A stretch of DNA of 64,000 nucleotides from Klebsormidium nitens (lineage: Eukaryota > Plantae > Klebsormidiophyceae). The stretch covers positions 1-64,000 of the forward strand of contig DF237044.1 in the NCBI GenBank assembly GCA_000708835.1, given 5' to 3'. The position numbers and the translations under genes are program-made. The notes beneath the pieces were generated by a model. The model did not search any database. It was given only the letters and a program-made list of their open reading frames with translations, and was not told the DNA's origin. This document shows positions 48,841 to 63,200 of this stretch, piece by piece (position 1 is the first letter of the stretch; each line of letters opens with the position of its first letter).

Positions 48841-50068
48841 GTTTTTGGTAGTGAGTACTGTGTAAAATGAGCGTGTCTGGGCGGGTTTTGTCGCGAGTCA
48901 AGCTACGAGGATAAATGTAACGGCGACTCTTGGTTGTTCAGAACCACTAAATTGATGCTGACGTGATGATTCCGCAATAGTCGTCGAGTTGAAGGTGATA
49001 TCTCCTCTGCATAGGGTTTAAAAGTTCACCGTACTGAATATCATATCTATCTCTATATCAATGAATACACGAGCTTCTCTCACCCCTCTGGATATTCTCT
49101 GGATATTGCACTTACTGGAAAATTATGTTTGTGCACTAGCTAAGTTGCTGGCTCTCATGCAGGCCATCACATACAGTCATGTACAACCGTCCGGTCGATC
49201 GGCACTGCAAACTTGAAGGTACAGCGCCGGGAGCCTCGGAGGCTTTCAAGTTTCAATGCCGGCACATGCCTGATGCCAACCGGGCACAACTGAGCGAGCT
49301 CTCCATACATATGAGCTCCACGGGCCAGGCTATGGATTGTCGATATGATCCAGGCATGCCGGCCCGCCGCCGCGTTAAGATGTTATAGAATGTTCAAGTT
49401 AGGATGAATCAGAGATCCGATCCGCGTGTGCACAAGGATCTCTACCATCTTTGCACATAGTTTCGTCCACCGTCGGTGTCCAATTACATCGATCCGTTGC
49501 CAACTTAGCTTCTGATACAATTACGGTAGCTACTACTTGTTGCGTGACTCAGGCTGCATGCCAGGTGCTTTGCATGTTCGGTCGGACGCGCTTGTATTTG
49601 AAACGTGATCGCGATTCAACGCGAGGCTGGCTGGCAGTGTCGGCCTACACTGTGAGTTGGCCTATTGCCCACTGAAACCTTAACCTCTGATATCCAGAAT
49701 ATGAAGTTGCTGGCCGGTATCTTTGGAGGATCATATGAAAATCTGCTTCCCCAAAAAAGAGGTTGGTGGATCACCCAAAGACGGTCGGCATGCATATTAC
49801 AGCATGTTCATACAGTGACCTGGCTGGAAGTGAAGAGTGAGTCTGAACAAAACCCAATGTGCGTCCCTCGGGCCTCGGCGCAATTTCCAAGCGAGTCATT
49901 ACAGCTCTTGGCGAGCATGCCAGTTTGAATCAGAGGGGGAAGCCTAAAAGTGAGAGGACTAAGCTGAGCCTGCGACCATATCAACTAACTTCAACGAACT
50001 TTTTAAGCTTCCCTCTCTATCTATAAAACGGGAAGGTTGCTTGCGAAGAGCTGTTTAAGAACGGGTTT

Positions 50069-50626
50069 TTAAAGGGTTCGAAAGAACCCTTGACAAGGGC
50101 CGGGGCCTTGAATTGCAGTTCCTTCACGTACCTTGAGCTCCAGTACTATCTTCTGAGCAAAAGCTTCTGTCCACTCTGGGCCCAGTTTGTCAATGGCTGG
50201 CACTTCTTCAGTCCCTGTAGTCTTCTGAAGCTTCTCCTGACCATCAACCACACCTCGATTGAAACTCCCCTGGGCATCCTGAGACCCCTCCTCCACCCCA
50301 AGGAGCTCCGCGCATCTGAGCACGCGCGCCCTGCGCTTGTCCAGCTTAGTGCCTTCCTCCTCCAGCGCGCGCGTAAGCTCAACCATGGTCGCGCGCAGCG
50401 CAGCCGCGGCCGCGTGCACCGCTTTAGAGCGGTCCAGATACAGCGTTGTAGCGCGCTCCATTTCGTCTTCCAGCTGCTCAATCCTGCTGACGTTCTCTGG
50501 TGCAGGAATGATGTCTGTAGCTGAAATCAAGGTTTCTTCCACGCTTGGTTTGGTTTCGGCGATGCTGAGGGAAGCAATGCTTAGCGTTTCCTCATCGCTG
50601 GTCGGGCTGGCGGCTCCCATCTTCAA
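50069..50626 (-). CDS. Hypothetical coiled-coil protein, first exon (50626-50132); downstream exons unresolved
   Basis: The 185-aa ORF has gene-like GC3 and a heptad-like segment (IEQLEDEMERATTLY...LEEEGTKLDKRRARV), with an in-frame GTACGT donor after 165 codons. It is divergent from the YHS gene across a GC-rich spacer. Confidence 0.55.
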   Translation of the reverse strand: MKMGAASPTSDEETLSIASLSIAETKPSVEETLISATDIIPAPENVSRIEQLEDEMERATTLYLDRSKAVHAAAAALRATMVELTRALEEEGTKLDKRRARVLRCAELLGVEEGSQDAQGSFNRGVVDGQEKLQKTTGTEEVPAIDKLGPEWTEAFAQKIVLELKVREGTAIQGPGPCQGFFRTL

Positions 50627-51242
50627 AATCCGCTCACGTGTGCAAGTTATATGCCTCCTCTTTTTGCAGCGCCTTTTTGCTTCACATCTTCTACTGAGCG
50701 TTTGCTTTTGTTCAATTCAAAAGTCTCGGCCTCTACAACGGCGGCCGCGTAATTCCAGCCGCTGCCGGTTCACTTCAGTCAGGGTTTTGAGAGTTCGTCA
50801 TTTGGGCGCGCGACCTGTCAGCGCGCGGCCGCCTCTTAACCAGATTCATCACCTCACACGGGGCGTAGACTGCTTAACGGACTGCATGCGCACGGGTTTG
50901 GTGAAAACCCGACCGCGCGGCCGCTCCACTGGATTGCAGGGCTTGTTCGTGCATGTGATCTCGCAGCAGAAGCATTGCGAAGCTGGACATTAGCCTACTA
51001 ACCAAAGAGCAGATTGAAAACTACTCTTCTTGTGCTCCATTGCAAGGGCTTTCCATGGTTGCATGCTCGCGTGCATACTTCCTTGGCAGCAGCATCTCAA
51101 CGGAGGTTTCCAAGAGTCTTCTAAGTTTGGACTCCTCGAAAGTTGTACGTTTGAAAGGAGACGAACACTTTTGTAAGACGGATACCTCAGCTTTGAATAG
51201 TGCTGGATAATTCAGGAAGGGCAGGAGCGGAAAGCAGGCAGA

Positions 51243-54200
51243 ATGGCGCCCAAGAGACCGGACTTTGCGGAGAATGTGATCGGAGATGACAACGTGGCGC
51301 TCGAAGGATACAGCCCCGTGTCCATCGCTCACGGGAAGCCTACCCTGGGGAAAGAGGACATCACCACAACGGTGGGCATACAGTCTCAAATGCCATAGCC
51401 TCTACGTTCAGAAGTTTAGCTCTTCGTTCATAGCATCTTCATCAGAAGTCTGGCTCTAGGGTAGTAGAACATTGACTTTAGCGGACAAGAATCTTTGAGG
51501 TTCTCTTGAACTATCTTTTGGGCAGACTTTCTAACGGCATTTGATGTTCAATGAGGGCACGAAGATTGCGAGAGTTAGCAGATCGTGCATGGTAGGAAGC
51601 AGAGGTATCAGGCAAACGGAGCAAGTGATTCAGCAGGCCGAGATTGCAAGAATGCAGAAATTGCAAGAAGCGGCTCTACTCCTTCCTGAATGCCTTTGTT
51701 GAAGTTGCATGCTAAGCTAGACGTGGTATCTGCAAGAAAGGAGGGGATGCTGAAGGATGGGGTACTTCGAACGTTTCATATACTTTCGCCATTGTGCTGC
51801 TTTTGATCAATGGAACTTAAGCTTGATTCTGGATCCATTTTGTGATCCTTCTGAGAAGAACCTAATGGAAGCAGCTGGAGGAGCCAAATACATCGGGACA
51901 GCGTTAGGTCTGAGCTACCTTTCTTTGGACTAGAAAAGTCTTTTTAAACAAACAGAGAAGGAACAAAAACAAAAAACTTGTACAATCTGACCTAATCAGG
52001 CGAAAAAGAGATCCTTATAAACCTGCCAGCCGGTGAGTGACACCAGAGTAATCCACCGGTCGTCACACCCAGCCAAACTCGGTGCCTGCAGGAGGGCGGG
52101 ATCAAGTACCGGTTCGCGAGCGAGGACGAGCTGCGCGAGTTCCAGCAGGACCCGAAGCGGTACATACCGGCCTTCGGCGGGTGGTGCGCGTGGCACATGT
52201 ACGAGAACGAGAAGATGGTGAGCCGAATGGTTCAGGACTTTTTGGATCTTCGATTCTGATATGCTTGTGTTATAGGGCTTTTGTTTTCGTGATGGCCTCA
52301 CGATCTTTTGGAGCCAAAGGAAAGGGACCTTCCGATCACTTTTCAAGGCCATTCTAGTCTCTGTTGAGAGAATCGGTCTGCGCTTTCCTACCTTCCCCCT
52401 TCCCTCCCCTACGCTTATTATAAATTCGTGACTGAAACCTCTCAGACCCTCCATACCGAGAGGAGGGTTATACTCCGTTTCGTTTAGGTCGTTCTAAATG
52501 AAGCAGGTCGGACGGCCACCCCCATCGCGCCTTCAACCCTGCAAAGCTGACATCAGCATTCACGGTGTCTGACGCATAATGCCGTACGCTTGAAGCTGTG
52601 ACCGAATCTTCTCAGTTTAAAGAGCTTCTGGTTGCTAGGCCACGCTCTTAAAGGCAGCATTGCCGACACCAACAAACGGCGATGGGAGACGCGATATGGG
52701 ATGCAAGTTGCAATCATCCCAAAACCGCATGACATCTTCGAGCCCTCGTCAGGGAGGGTTCAACATGTATAACTACAGTACTCAATTGACTTCGCAAAAG
52801 ATGCAACGAATGGAGGTGACAAGTCTGATGCATTTTCTCGTGACATGCCGGTCGGCTAAAAAACGGGCTGATTAGAGTGATTCTTTTGTCTTGTTGGACA
52901 TGAAGTGTTCCAAGCCGGCTGAGATTTGCTGATGTGGAGGATTATGGAGCTTTCCTAATCGAGACGTGCTACCCGGCCCTTACGAAGGGACAAATAGAGG
53001 ATTATGATGCTCGCTTCGCTTACCGGCAAACGTTTGCGGGTTTGCGGAACTGAAGCTACCGCGCGCAAACGCCCCCAAAAGTATCTGCTTGGACCGTTGA
53101 TCAGCGCTCGCGCCTCAAATGCAGAGCTTTGTAGACATTCGACTTTCTTTCCCCTTTTTGCCTGCCTTCAAAACAAGGAAAGTCCTGTCCAAAGTCAGTT
53201 GCATATTCCGCGCCCCTCAGACGATTGATCCGCATGTGCCGTTCGCGTAGGCCTACTTCTGTCGGTTCGCAACCCATACGACGGACTTTGTTATCTTCGT
53301 CAACCTTCCGTGAGACGCAGCTGGAATACGCAGCTTTTCCGTGCGCCAATCACTTCATTTGAATCTGAGCTTTGTGACTGTTCTCAGCTGGAAGCCTTTG
53401 TGTCGTAGCCAACTGGTGGGTCTCAAAAGAGTGCGCCTCACGTGAGACTATGTTTTAGTCGCACACGTTCTCTGCAGCATGCCCGCAAACGTGTTTCGCA
53501 TCTCCCTTTCTTGGCTTCTGTTAGGCAATGACTGGCAGAATGGGTCTCGTGTACCCATCCACCTTCAACCAGACGTGGAGGACAGCCTTCGAGTAAGTTA
53601 GCGTATAAATTGTCAAGTGCAGCGCAGCCCAGCTTTGAAGAATCTTATGGGGTCAGGTTCTCGATTTCAGGTCTGCTCAATTTAGTCAGCAAGACAGGCA
53701 ACGAAATCCCCCGATATCTGAAGCAATTGTCTACTTCGTGTTGCTTGTGGTCCGCTTGCATCTTGCTATCCTCCCGGGCAATGAAGATGAAGGTCATTTG
53801 CCCAACATGTCATCATTACCCGGAATTTTGATCAAGTGTTTGAGCCCGCACTTATAACCCTCAATGCTCGTAGATGAAACCGCCCTTTTGAAGTCTTACC
53901 ATCGTGGACTTGATGTCAGTCTTCTGCTAGGAACGCGGGTTCTGGGACTCAGACCCGGGACCTTCAGAGTGGGATTGCACTTCATCTGCTTTGAACCCAT
54001 CCTTGGACCTGATTGGTTTGGACTTCGATGCGCCGCAACGTGGCAGTGAAGACAATCAGCTTGGGGGCGATAGCCCATTGTATGCCAAAGTAATTTTGAG
54101 CCATATGGAAAACTCTCTCAACCGGACTCTTATTGCCGAAATTCAGTCAGAGGTAGTAAATTTGCGTAGCAACTCACTCCAAAGTCTGACGCTCCGCTGG

Positions 54201-57200
54201 ACGGGGGACGTATTACAACCACCTAGCACCGAGTATTTCTCTGGTTCATTGCGCTGCAGATTCAATCCGTCAGTGTGCCTGATCAGTTTCTCATCTTCCT
54301 GTCATGATTACCCTGGACTCTTGGCCAGTTCTTGGCATCGTACAGTGCAACCGTTCTTGGGGTTACTCTTACCGGAATATATTTGTACCACAACTTAATC
54401 TCGCTACAGATAAACTTCAACACGAAGCAGCTGTTGAAATTGTTCCTAGAGCCGACTTTAGTCAGATCCTAAATGGGGAATTTGCTGCCCCACCTTGCGC
54501 TTTTGCGTATCTGTCTTCGGGTCTTCTATTGGGCCCCTTTGTAACCCAGAATTTCTGGCGTTTCCGAGGCTTGCACAACACCGGACCAGTCGCCTATTGC
54601 TGTGACCGTGTGGTCAGCATCGCGGCGACGTCGGTTGCGCCGCTTTTTACGGACTTCTGTGGACGCCGGAAAACCACGTGCTGACGTACACCGAAGCCTG
54701 CTCTACACAGGGGCAGTCGCCTTGCGAGGTGATCGCAACGTCATTCTTTTGCGTGCCATGCTGACGTCAGCCTCACGATGTCTGACGCATGATGCTGCCT
54801 GCGTAAGAAGCTCGAAGTCGAGTTGCCTTAACAAAGCCGCTACTTAAAAACTCTATGTAATGGCAGTGTTGTCTAAGGCACGGACGGGCGATGAGTGGCA
54901 GACCGCGTTGCAACTTGCAACAGTCTCTAGGACCCATATACCTTGCCGAGCCCGTTTGGATGATGTGGAGATCGAGTAGAGAAAATTGTACTGTACGGGG
55001 CAGAAACAATGCAAGGGCTACGCATGACGAACTTCGCAGAACGCTTCTTGTTCTGAACGGCAGCTAACCCCATGTATGATATCTTTTCACTCTGGATTCT
55101 GTGGGACAGCTTGTGTTCAGTCAGGCTGTAAGCTTTCGAATGAAGCTTACTATTTGGTGCTAACAAAGGAGCATGTTGCTCGTTTCGCTCGCCGGCAAAA
55201 TCGCGGCAAGTATCCTTGGCTGTCAAAGACTGAAAGGACGCAACGACTCTCAGAGTATTTGCCTTGGCCTACTTTTGAGCGCTCTAGCCTCACTCGATGA
55301 GCGTCTCTGTAAGTATGTCAATTCATTCCTTTGCTGTCTGCTTCCCCTGATCTTGAGAGGACGATGAACTTCTGGAAAGCTTGCTTCGAAGAAGTCGCGG
55401 GGTAGCCTACCTCGATCAGAAGCATTTGATCCGCGTGCGCCGTTTGCATTGCGCACTTCCTTCGACTGCCCCCACGCATCAAACGCGCCTTCGTTGTTGT
55501 CTTGCTTTGAGTGCTTTCGTCCGAGACAGCAGAGACATGTGCTTTTCCCGCCCGCTTCCAGTCGAAAGACGTCAATCTTGGCTTGCTAGCTGCTCTTTCA
55601 TGAATCTGTTCGACACATTCTCAGATATGGTTCATAAAATACTAGGCCGCACTGAGGATCCGCGCACGTCTGAAACTGCAGCATGCTAACAAAGCTATCG
55701 GATATTCTTTTCTTCTGACGTTTGTGAGGGCAATGATACTCTGGCCATATGGGTCTCATGCAAGTACCCAGGCCCTGTTCTTTTTCACGAGAGCCGTTGC
55801 AATTCGTGAAGGGATTGATATGGCTGTGTGGGTCTCATATACCCAGGCCACGTCGTTCAGAGGAGAGCCGTTCTAATTTCGGTCGCTTGAATGTAGAGCA
55901 CAAAGTGCCGACTGCAGCGCGGCAGAGCTTTGCAGATCCCTGCTGCGGTCAGGTTCTGAAGTCAAATCTGATTACCATCGTCATCATGCATGCTTAAGAA
56001 AAGCTTTAAGGTCCTGAGCTTGGGTCGGATTCAAATACTGCGTCTTTGTTGTAAGTTCGCAAGATTCCGAGATTCCTCAGAGCAGAGAGGATGATTACGT
56101 GTCTGAGGTGCTACCATTCAGAGACCAAATTTGAACCCTGAGTAATATATCTTAATATATCTTGCAAGCATCTGACAATGCGTTTTTGGAGGAATAACAA
56201 AAACAATGACTTCAGAAAACCTCTGAAAATGCGTAGTTGAGTTTGGGGTTTTAAGAACGCACGTCTGGAGTGCAAACAATCTTTCTCTGCTTAAATTTTG
56301 ACGTCCCCGAGCCTTGCTTTTGGTTGATTCACCACCAAGTGGCAGAGAAGACGGACTAGAATGGGTCTGATGGCCCACTTTGTGTTGATCACGTGAGCCT
56401 CTTGGAGTCTTCTTTACACCTTGTTTGCATGCTGACGGACCGAGAAGGTCAAATCCAAACGGTCTGATTCAGGACGAGATCAGGTTTACTTCGCTGCAGC
56501 TTTAGACTTCTACGCTCCACTGTACGAGCTAGAATCTATTCAACGGGATTCATAAGCTGTCACTTGATTACCAGCAGTCAGAACAACATCCTCATCCTTT
56601 TCTTTGCATCGAAGTAACGTCAGACAGTAGATAATGAACGCGTTCTGATGGAAAAACTAACCTGTATTCAGCGCGTCCTGACCAACCGTGATGTGTCATT
56701 ATCACCTCGTCACAGCAGCGCTTCGGCACGCAGACGTGCAGTTCTTGTGGTGCTATCCCAGGCCAGACTTTGAGGGCCTAATCAATCCTGCAGTCCCCGT
56801 TCTGTTTTCAACTTTGGTGGTTAAATTCCAGGGGCTGCTTTGCGATTCCGAACGTCCGGCAGCAGCAAAGCCGCCCGCGCTGCACCGCGTGAGTCGCCTT
56901 GAAGGGTGACCGCCTGCTCAAATCTCGTGGCGAGCGTCTTGGCGCCTATCCGACTTTTCTGAAATATCGAAGGCCATTTGCAACTACTGCACCGCGCCTC
57001 TGTTTGGAGTTGCTCTGTATTTCAGGTGAACAGCAAGTACTTTGATAGTGCTTTGACGATTCCATGCGCTCGATTTACTATCCTTGGTGGGAGCACTTCT
57101 TAAGTCCTTCGCCTACGCGGCACTTTTGAATTGACGGTAGACGTTGGGCTCGATTGATAAGGTGTTCGTTGGACCTTTGGACGTCATGGGCAAGCCAGGC

Positions 57201-60200
57201 TTTTCAAAAAGTGGAGTCCGCTTTTGAGGCTTCCAGACTAGACTCTGATTGTAGACGGCCGAGAGGCCAAAGATTGAGTGTGACTGATCCTCGCTCTAAC
57301 GTCATCTTTCTGCCTCTGGTCCCGTGTCAGAAAGAAACATTTTGCAACAGCATCGTGCGTGACCGCCTTGTCTCTCAAATCGAGGTGGAAGTTGTTCCGA
57401 GAGCGATTCCGATAAGCTGGGCTTGCGCACAATTGGGGCGTAGGGCAGATGGGCTGACGTAAGCCATCCCAGGTGTCTGACGCATGGGTTCCGTTCGCAT
57501 GGAGCTGGGGCTCGAGTTGCTCTAGCTGATAAAGCTGCTGGTTGCTGGCACAATTCCATAAGGGCAGAGTTGAAGAAGGGCTGTGAGAGTGTCACTGGGG
57601 TGCAGCTTTCAACGTTCTCAGCGTGTTGCGACCAATACTCCTTGAGCCCGTTTGACGAAGGCAGGCTCTTGGGAAAGTCGCGTCCGAAAAACTTGTCCGC
57701 ACTTCAGGACGTTCGATCTCATGCGTCGTTCACTTATGCCAACTCCTTTGTGCTCGCCATTCCCACGACGGGCCTTGCCTTCGATCTCTGGCCGGGGAGA
57801 TAGCAACATACGTGCTCTTTCGCGCACAAATCAGTTCTAAGATACGGGCTTTCCTACTGGTCTCGGCAGAAGGCTATTTGGCAGGTGCCTGAAAGGGCTC
57901 GACAGAGCTGGCCTTACGTAATGGAGGCGCAAACGTTTGTCACTGCAGCACGCTCTAAGAATCCTGTCGCCCGGAGGTGCTTGTCAACATGCTTGGGATT
58001 CAAAACGACGTCCTTGGGCTCCTTATGGAAAGCTGAAATCATGTACGAGCGAGAGATCTTGCAAACTTCTACCACCTGCGGCACCGCTAGCCTTCGCGTT
58101 GCGCCGGCTTCATATTTGAGGGCCGAAGAGCTCTTTCTGTATACTGAGAACTCAATCGTAGCCATCCGTGAAGCCACGTTACAGTGGTTGGACGCTGCAT
58201 AATGTGCGCGGTTCTTCAAAATCAAATCTTTTGCCAAGCGTCTTCGGACGGCCTGTCTTGCTTCCTACTTCATGTCCGGTTGATTAGAAAGTTGGGGAAG
58301 GCCGTCTAAGAACAGTTGGTGGTCTAGGCGTTCCAGCATACCGTAGCCGGACGTCTTCTAGCTTTACTTATGAGGGCGATGATCGGGCGGAGTGGGTCTG
58401 TTCTTGCCCATGCGACACTCGTCCAAGCCAGAGCCTCTCGAACAGAATTCGCTCGAACGTGCAAGGTAATGGTCAACTGCATTAGTTTTTTGATTGTTGG
58501 GCAGTTCTGTAATCACGTCTGCTCTCTCTTGTTAGCACGAAAATGAAGAGCGTCTTCCACTTCAAACTGGAGTCAGTTATAAGTCGTCTTTCTTGCGACT
58601 CTCCGCGGACTGTGCCAGGCAGTGAAGATGGTCAACTGCCTGAAATTCCATATCCAGGCACGACTGTATTCCACCAACCTTTGAGCCAGAAAAAGTGTTC
58701 CTTCACATGGAACTGTGGCACTGCGCTCCTTGGAGTGATTCAACGTACGCGCATGTGCCGTCATCCGGCTGTTTGAAACGTACATTTGACCTCGAGTTTT
58801 TGGTGAGGGATTGTCAGAGCGCAACTCGTTGCTTGAATGTCGACTTCGCTGGCCTTGCTTCTAAGTTTTGTCATCTGCGCAACGTGGCAGAGAGGACAAC
58901 CGGATTGGGATTGATGGCCCACTCCGCGTCATGCTCTGACAGGTTCTGAGCCATTTGAAAATCGCAGTCGGGGTCCCATCTCCATGATTCTGCATACGTG
59001 TTTCTGAAGCAACTTCATCAGATTGACGCTGTATTGCATGACAGTTAGGTACGGAATTCGACGCGTCGCTGAGTAGGAATCTGCGAAAAAGAGATCATGA
59101 AGAAGCCTGCTTTCTCAGAGATCTGTATGCACGGAAATCAGAATTGTCTGTAGTCCTGTAGTCCTGGTATGTTGCTCATTTTTCCTGTTATGCTGATTGG
59201 GCAGCTAGTACTTGCACACGTTCTGGCGTTGAAAGTAACCTGGTTTCAGAACGTTCTCAATGACCAACAAGGTATATCTCTCGTCAGGAAATCAATTCGT
59301 GCATCGTTTGGAGTGCTGTCACAAGACCCACTTATAGACCCGCCAGATTTTGCAGTCCCTTTTTTGCTTTGTTCGCTGATTGAAAGGGCCTGCTTTGCGA
59401 GCCCCTTCATTTAAGGGTAACTCAAGGCTTTCACTGCACCGTGTCAGACGCGCGACAGGCGACCATGCTGTCATTTTCAGGCCGGGTGACCTTCTCGCCG
59501 CAATGTTGTCCTCTGTGAACGCCGGCAACCACGTGCAGATACAGCGCCGTTTTCTTGTTTCTCCTGTCTCTCGCGGTCGCGAGTGGGTGACTACTGCTAT
59601 ATGAGTACGCTCTTACGAAACCAAGTCTGTGGGAGACTCGGATATTCAGGACCGCCGATCTGGGTAAGCTAGAAGGGCGCTCTTTGTTGACGGGGCGGTC
59701 TCGATTACACGCTAGAAGTGGGATCGGTTAAGTATGCAACGAGCATGAACCCTTGTACATGGCTGTTTTCTGTGGGATCTGTGATCCTGTGCTTGCTGAC
59801 ACTTTGAGACTATGATCGTACAAGGCCGAGAAGGGAAAGACTGGGACGCGAGCACGTCTCACTTGGCCGCTTCAAGTTCCTCAATACGACGAGTCCGGTA
59901 TCAGAAACAGACAAATTTATGAGAGCATCATATGTGACCAGGCTGTCGCCCACATCATCATCAGGTGTTCAGTTAGGGACTCCAGAGTTTGCGTCCAAGG
60001 AGTTTTCCACGAGAGTAGAGGGAGTAATATCTCTAAGTTCCGGTTTAAAGTGAAGAGAGGTTATACCGTTTTGTTGGGCCTCGAGTCTTTTGACCTTATA
60101 ATCGCGCGCTTCAATTTCTCGTGAGTTACCCTACCATTCTTGACTGCACTTCTGTCGAAGTAAAGAAAATCAAGATTAAAAGCGGCCAGGACGTCATATC

Positions 60201-63200
60201 AAGCTTGGCCCGTGAGTATCATAGCCACAGATTCGTCTCTGACCGGCCAAGAGCGTTCTATGGACGCACACGACGAAACATATCAGAGTGTTTGGGCTGC
60301 CGGAAGGAGGAACAAGTTCGTGTCTCCTTGCCTTATTCAGTTGAGCTTGAGGAAAGGCTAAGAAGTTATGAACCTGGAAGCCAAGCTTCCAGTGTTGAGG
60401 GAGCATTTTCGGAGCCCTATAACTTCAACTCTTCAAATCAGCAGAATTCATGCGGAGATGCAATATTAGTTTCTTACGTCCGTGGAGTGGACGAACGCCC
60501 CAAATATCCAAGAACCCACACTAGTTCCCTTGATTAAATCGCCATGAGCTTTGCTGGCAGCTAGTGGTATATATACGTCAAAGCAGTACTATTTGGCCTG
60601 GAAGCCCTCTTCGAACAGGCCGGGCTGTTTTCAGAATCGCCTGCGAACGAGCCACTCAGGCGCTGGATACAGTGTGATCGGGACTCTGTGTCTGTGTTTA
60701 AGTATGCGCCTCGCTGAAAACGTCTATCTCAAAGTTCGGGAGGAATCACGTATGTACTGGGGGATGGTGGTTCATTCAGAAGAGACGCACCTCCCATTTG
60801 TCAGCCTAATTTGTACCGCTTTCTAGCTCAGCTCACGATTTCGAGTCCTTTTAATCTTAGACTTTAATACCTCGATTTCGGAGAAAGCAATGAAATTGCA
60901 AAGCGCGCGGGCTTTCAGTGCCCAGAAGCGTCAACGTTGCTAAAAGTTGAGCCACTGTTGACGAATGGGCTATTACTGTTCCCAGTCATCGAGCTTGTCA
61001 GGAACCTGGTTTCGGGAAAGCGCTCGGAAACCGTGATGTGCAGACACTATGAAACCTGTTGAACCAAAGCGTCTTCAGATAGGCATGTTGTCCCTGTCGC
61101 TCACCATGTCGTGTTAGGTATCACATTTTTGGAGCCAATGCGCCCTGAGTGTTACAGTACTAGTTACGGGAAGCTTCATAGCCCCGGAACAGCATCTTTT
61201 TCGTGTGAAAAAGAAGCGCAAGAATCCGGCTGCGGTTGGTCGCCCATGCATGAGATTGTAGCAACCAGGGCCTGGATGCAGTCCCAGGTCTGAAAACCCG
61301 TTCAAGTGTTGCGGATCGAGATGTTGACAGTGCATAAATAGGCTCCTGGCAGCAGACAGATCCTGCTGGGTCGTACCGATATCGTCGTGTGTCTAAGCGG
61401 GCGCAGTCAAACCAGCCTTTCTTGTACACACTCTCTACTCGATCGAGCTCTGGCCTAGAGAATCGGAGGCTATTCTCACTAGTCAGATCATTTCATGAAT
61501 AGATATCATTCCAAGGGCAAGGAGGAGAGCTACTCCCGCAGCTGGGCCCATTGTCTGCTCATCGAAAGCGTGCGTTCAATCCTGAAGCTCTCAAAATTAT
61601 CCCTAGGAAGACCCTTGACTGCTACGCAGGTTCCCCGCGAGTATTGCAAGGATTCAGGAACCAATTGCTGCAACCGCCAAAGATAACCTTCTGATGTCTT
61701 TTCTCGAGTTCAATCCATATCGGTGCTGACGCCTGGCCCTTAGAAAAGGGGTATCAGTTTCTGCAGACGATTCAAACCTGCCACGTGGCATCAGCTTTTT
61801 CACGACTTGTGCGTGGACAGCAATTCTTCGTCCGGCACAGTCTGCAAGTGGAAGACATTTTGTCAGGGTTCCAAGCTGTGCTAGAGCCCTGTGCCTCCTC
61901 TTATCTTTCCTAGTCTTCGCTTTGGGCTTTACTCCGCTAAGGCCTTTGCAGGAGGGTGCAATTGGCTGCGCGGCTGATGCCTGATTCATCCCCGGGAATG
62001 CTCCGAGTCAGTTCTCAAACACACGCGATTTTTGTTTCAACTTTCTACCAGTTCCTTTCAGCACATCTCGCAGCAGGTTCCCAAAAACTAAGTAGAATTC
62101 ATTCAAACGAAGGATTCGCCGGTAGGTGCTATCAATATAATGGTCCTATTGGTACGTAAGAACCCTCGGCCCTCATGATCAAAACGTTTCTTTGTAAACA
62201 TCCACTCCTCCGTTCCACCTTTGTTCCGTCTTCTGCTGCGGTAATTCAGACAACAATGAATGCTTCGGCATTGGGGCGCCCTCCAATCTCAAACCCGATC
62301 TTTGAACACGTGTCTGTTCTAAACGAACGGCTCTCCTGGGCAGAGATACCTACAAACTTCCTCTCCAAAGACTTTTACTTTCATCCGTTCCGCTGCGATT
62401 ATCCAAAGCGGCGCCAATCTGCACATGCAAGATTGCTCATCATTTTGCATGAAAGAAAGCGAAAGTCTGAGACTTCGGGCATGCGTACTCATTTCTCTCC
62501 GAGCGGCGATCCGTTCTGCTGCAGCTCCGGTCTTCAATTATCTGCCAAACGCTGCAAGAGACTGGCTTCTGGTTTGGAGCTTCTGTTGATGCTGTTGACC
62601 TGTTGCATCCCTCGGGTTCAAGGTTCTTATTCCGCGATCGATCCGCTCGTTCCGCTCGTTCCGCTGTAGCTCCCGGATCACTGCCATGGCACGAAAGGCG
62701 GCTCCGACGGAGCGAAGCTAGAACAAACACGTTGCAATTTGAATAGTTCCGTCCTGATTCCGTCCTTTCGCTGTTGTTTCGCTGCAGCTTTTCGACCATG
62801 GCCACGGCAAGAGGACGGCATCCAGCGCATTTTGTACTATCTGCACTGCTCTTCACACAAAAATGTTGTGCGCGGTGTATCATGTCACACTTCCGCTAAG
62901 GCTCCGCTCTGATCTCCGCTCGTTCCGCTGCAGCTCCCCGACTACGGCCACTGCAAGAAGGCGGAATCCGGCGCGGAGCTTCTGTTCTGAATCTGTTTGG
63001 GCCAACTAACACCGCAAGTCAGGTATCCAAAGATACAACCGATGTACTCAGTCTTTTCCGCTTTACTGATTCCGCTCGTTCCACTGCAGCTCCCCGACTA
63101 CGGCCACTGCAAGAAGGCGGAATCCGGCGCGGAGCTGCTGTTCCACGCGGACGCGGAGGTGAATTGCCTGGCCATCTGGAACGAAGCGGCGGGAAAGCTC

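Noticed and set aside
52136-52217. Selenocysteine recoding in the YHS gene
   Set aside because: The motif codon is TGC (Cys), and there is no in-frame TGA in the reconstructed CDS before the terminal stop.
53864-62883. Many 60-165 aa ORFs inside the long YHS intron as transposon or nested-gene fragments
   Set aside because: No RT, integrase, transposase or other motif was recognisable, and lengths are compatible with chance at this GC content.
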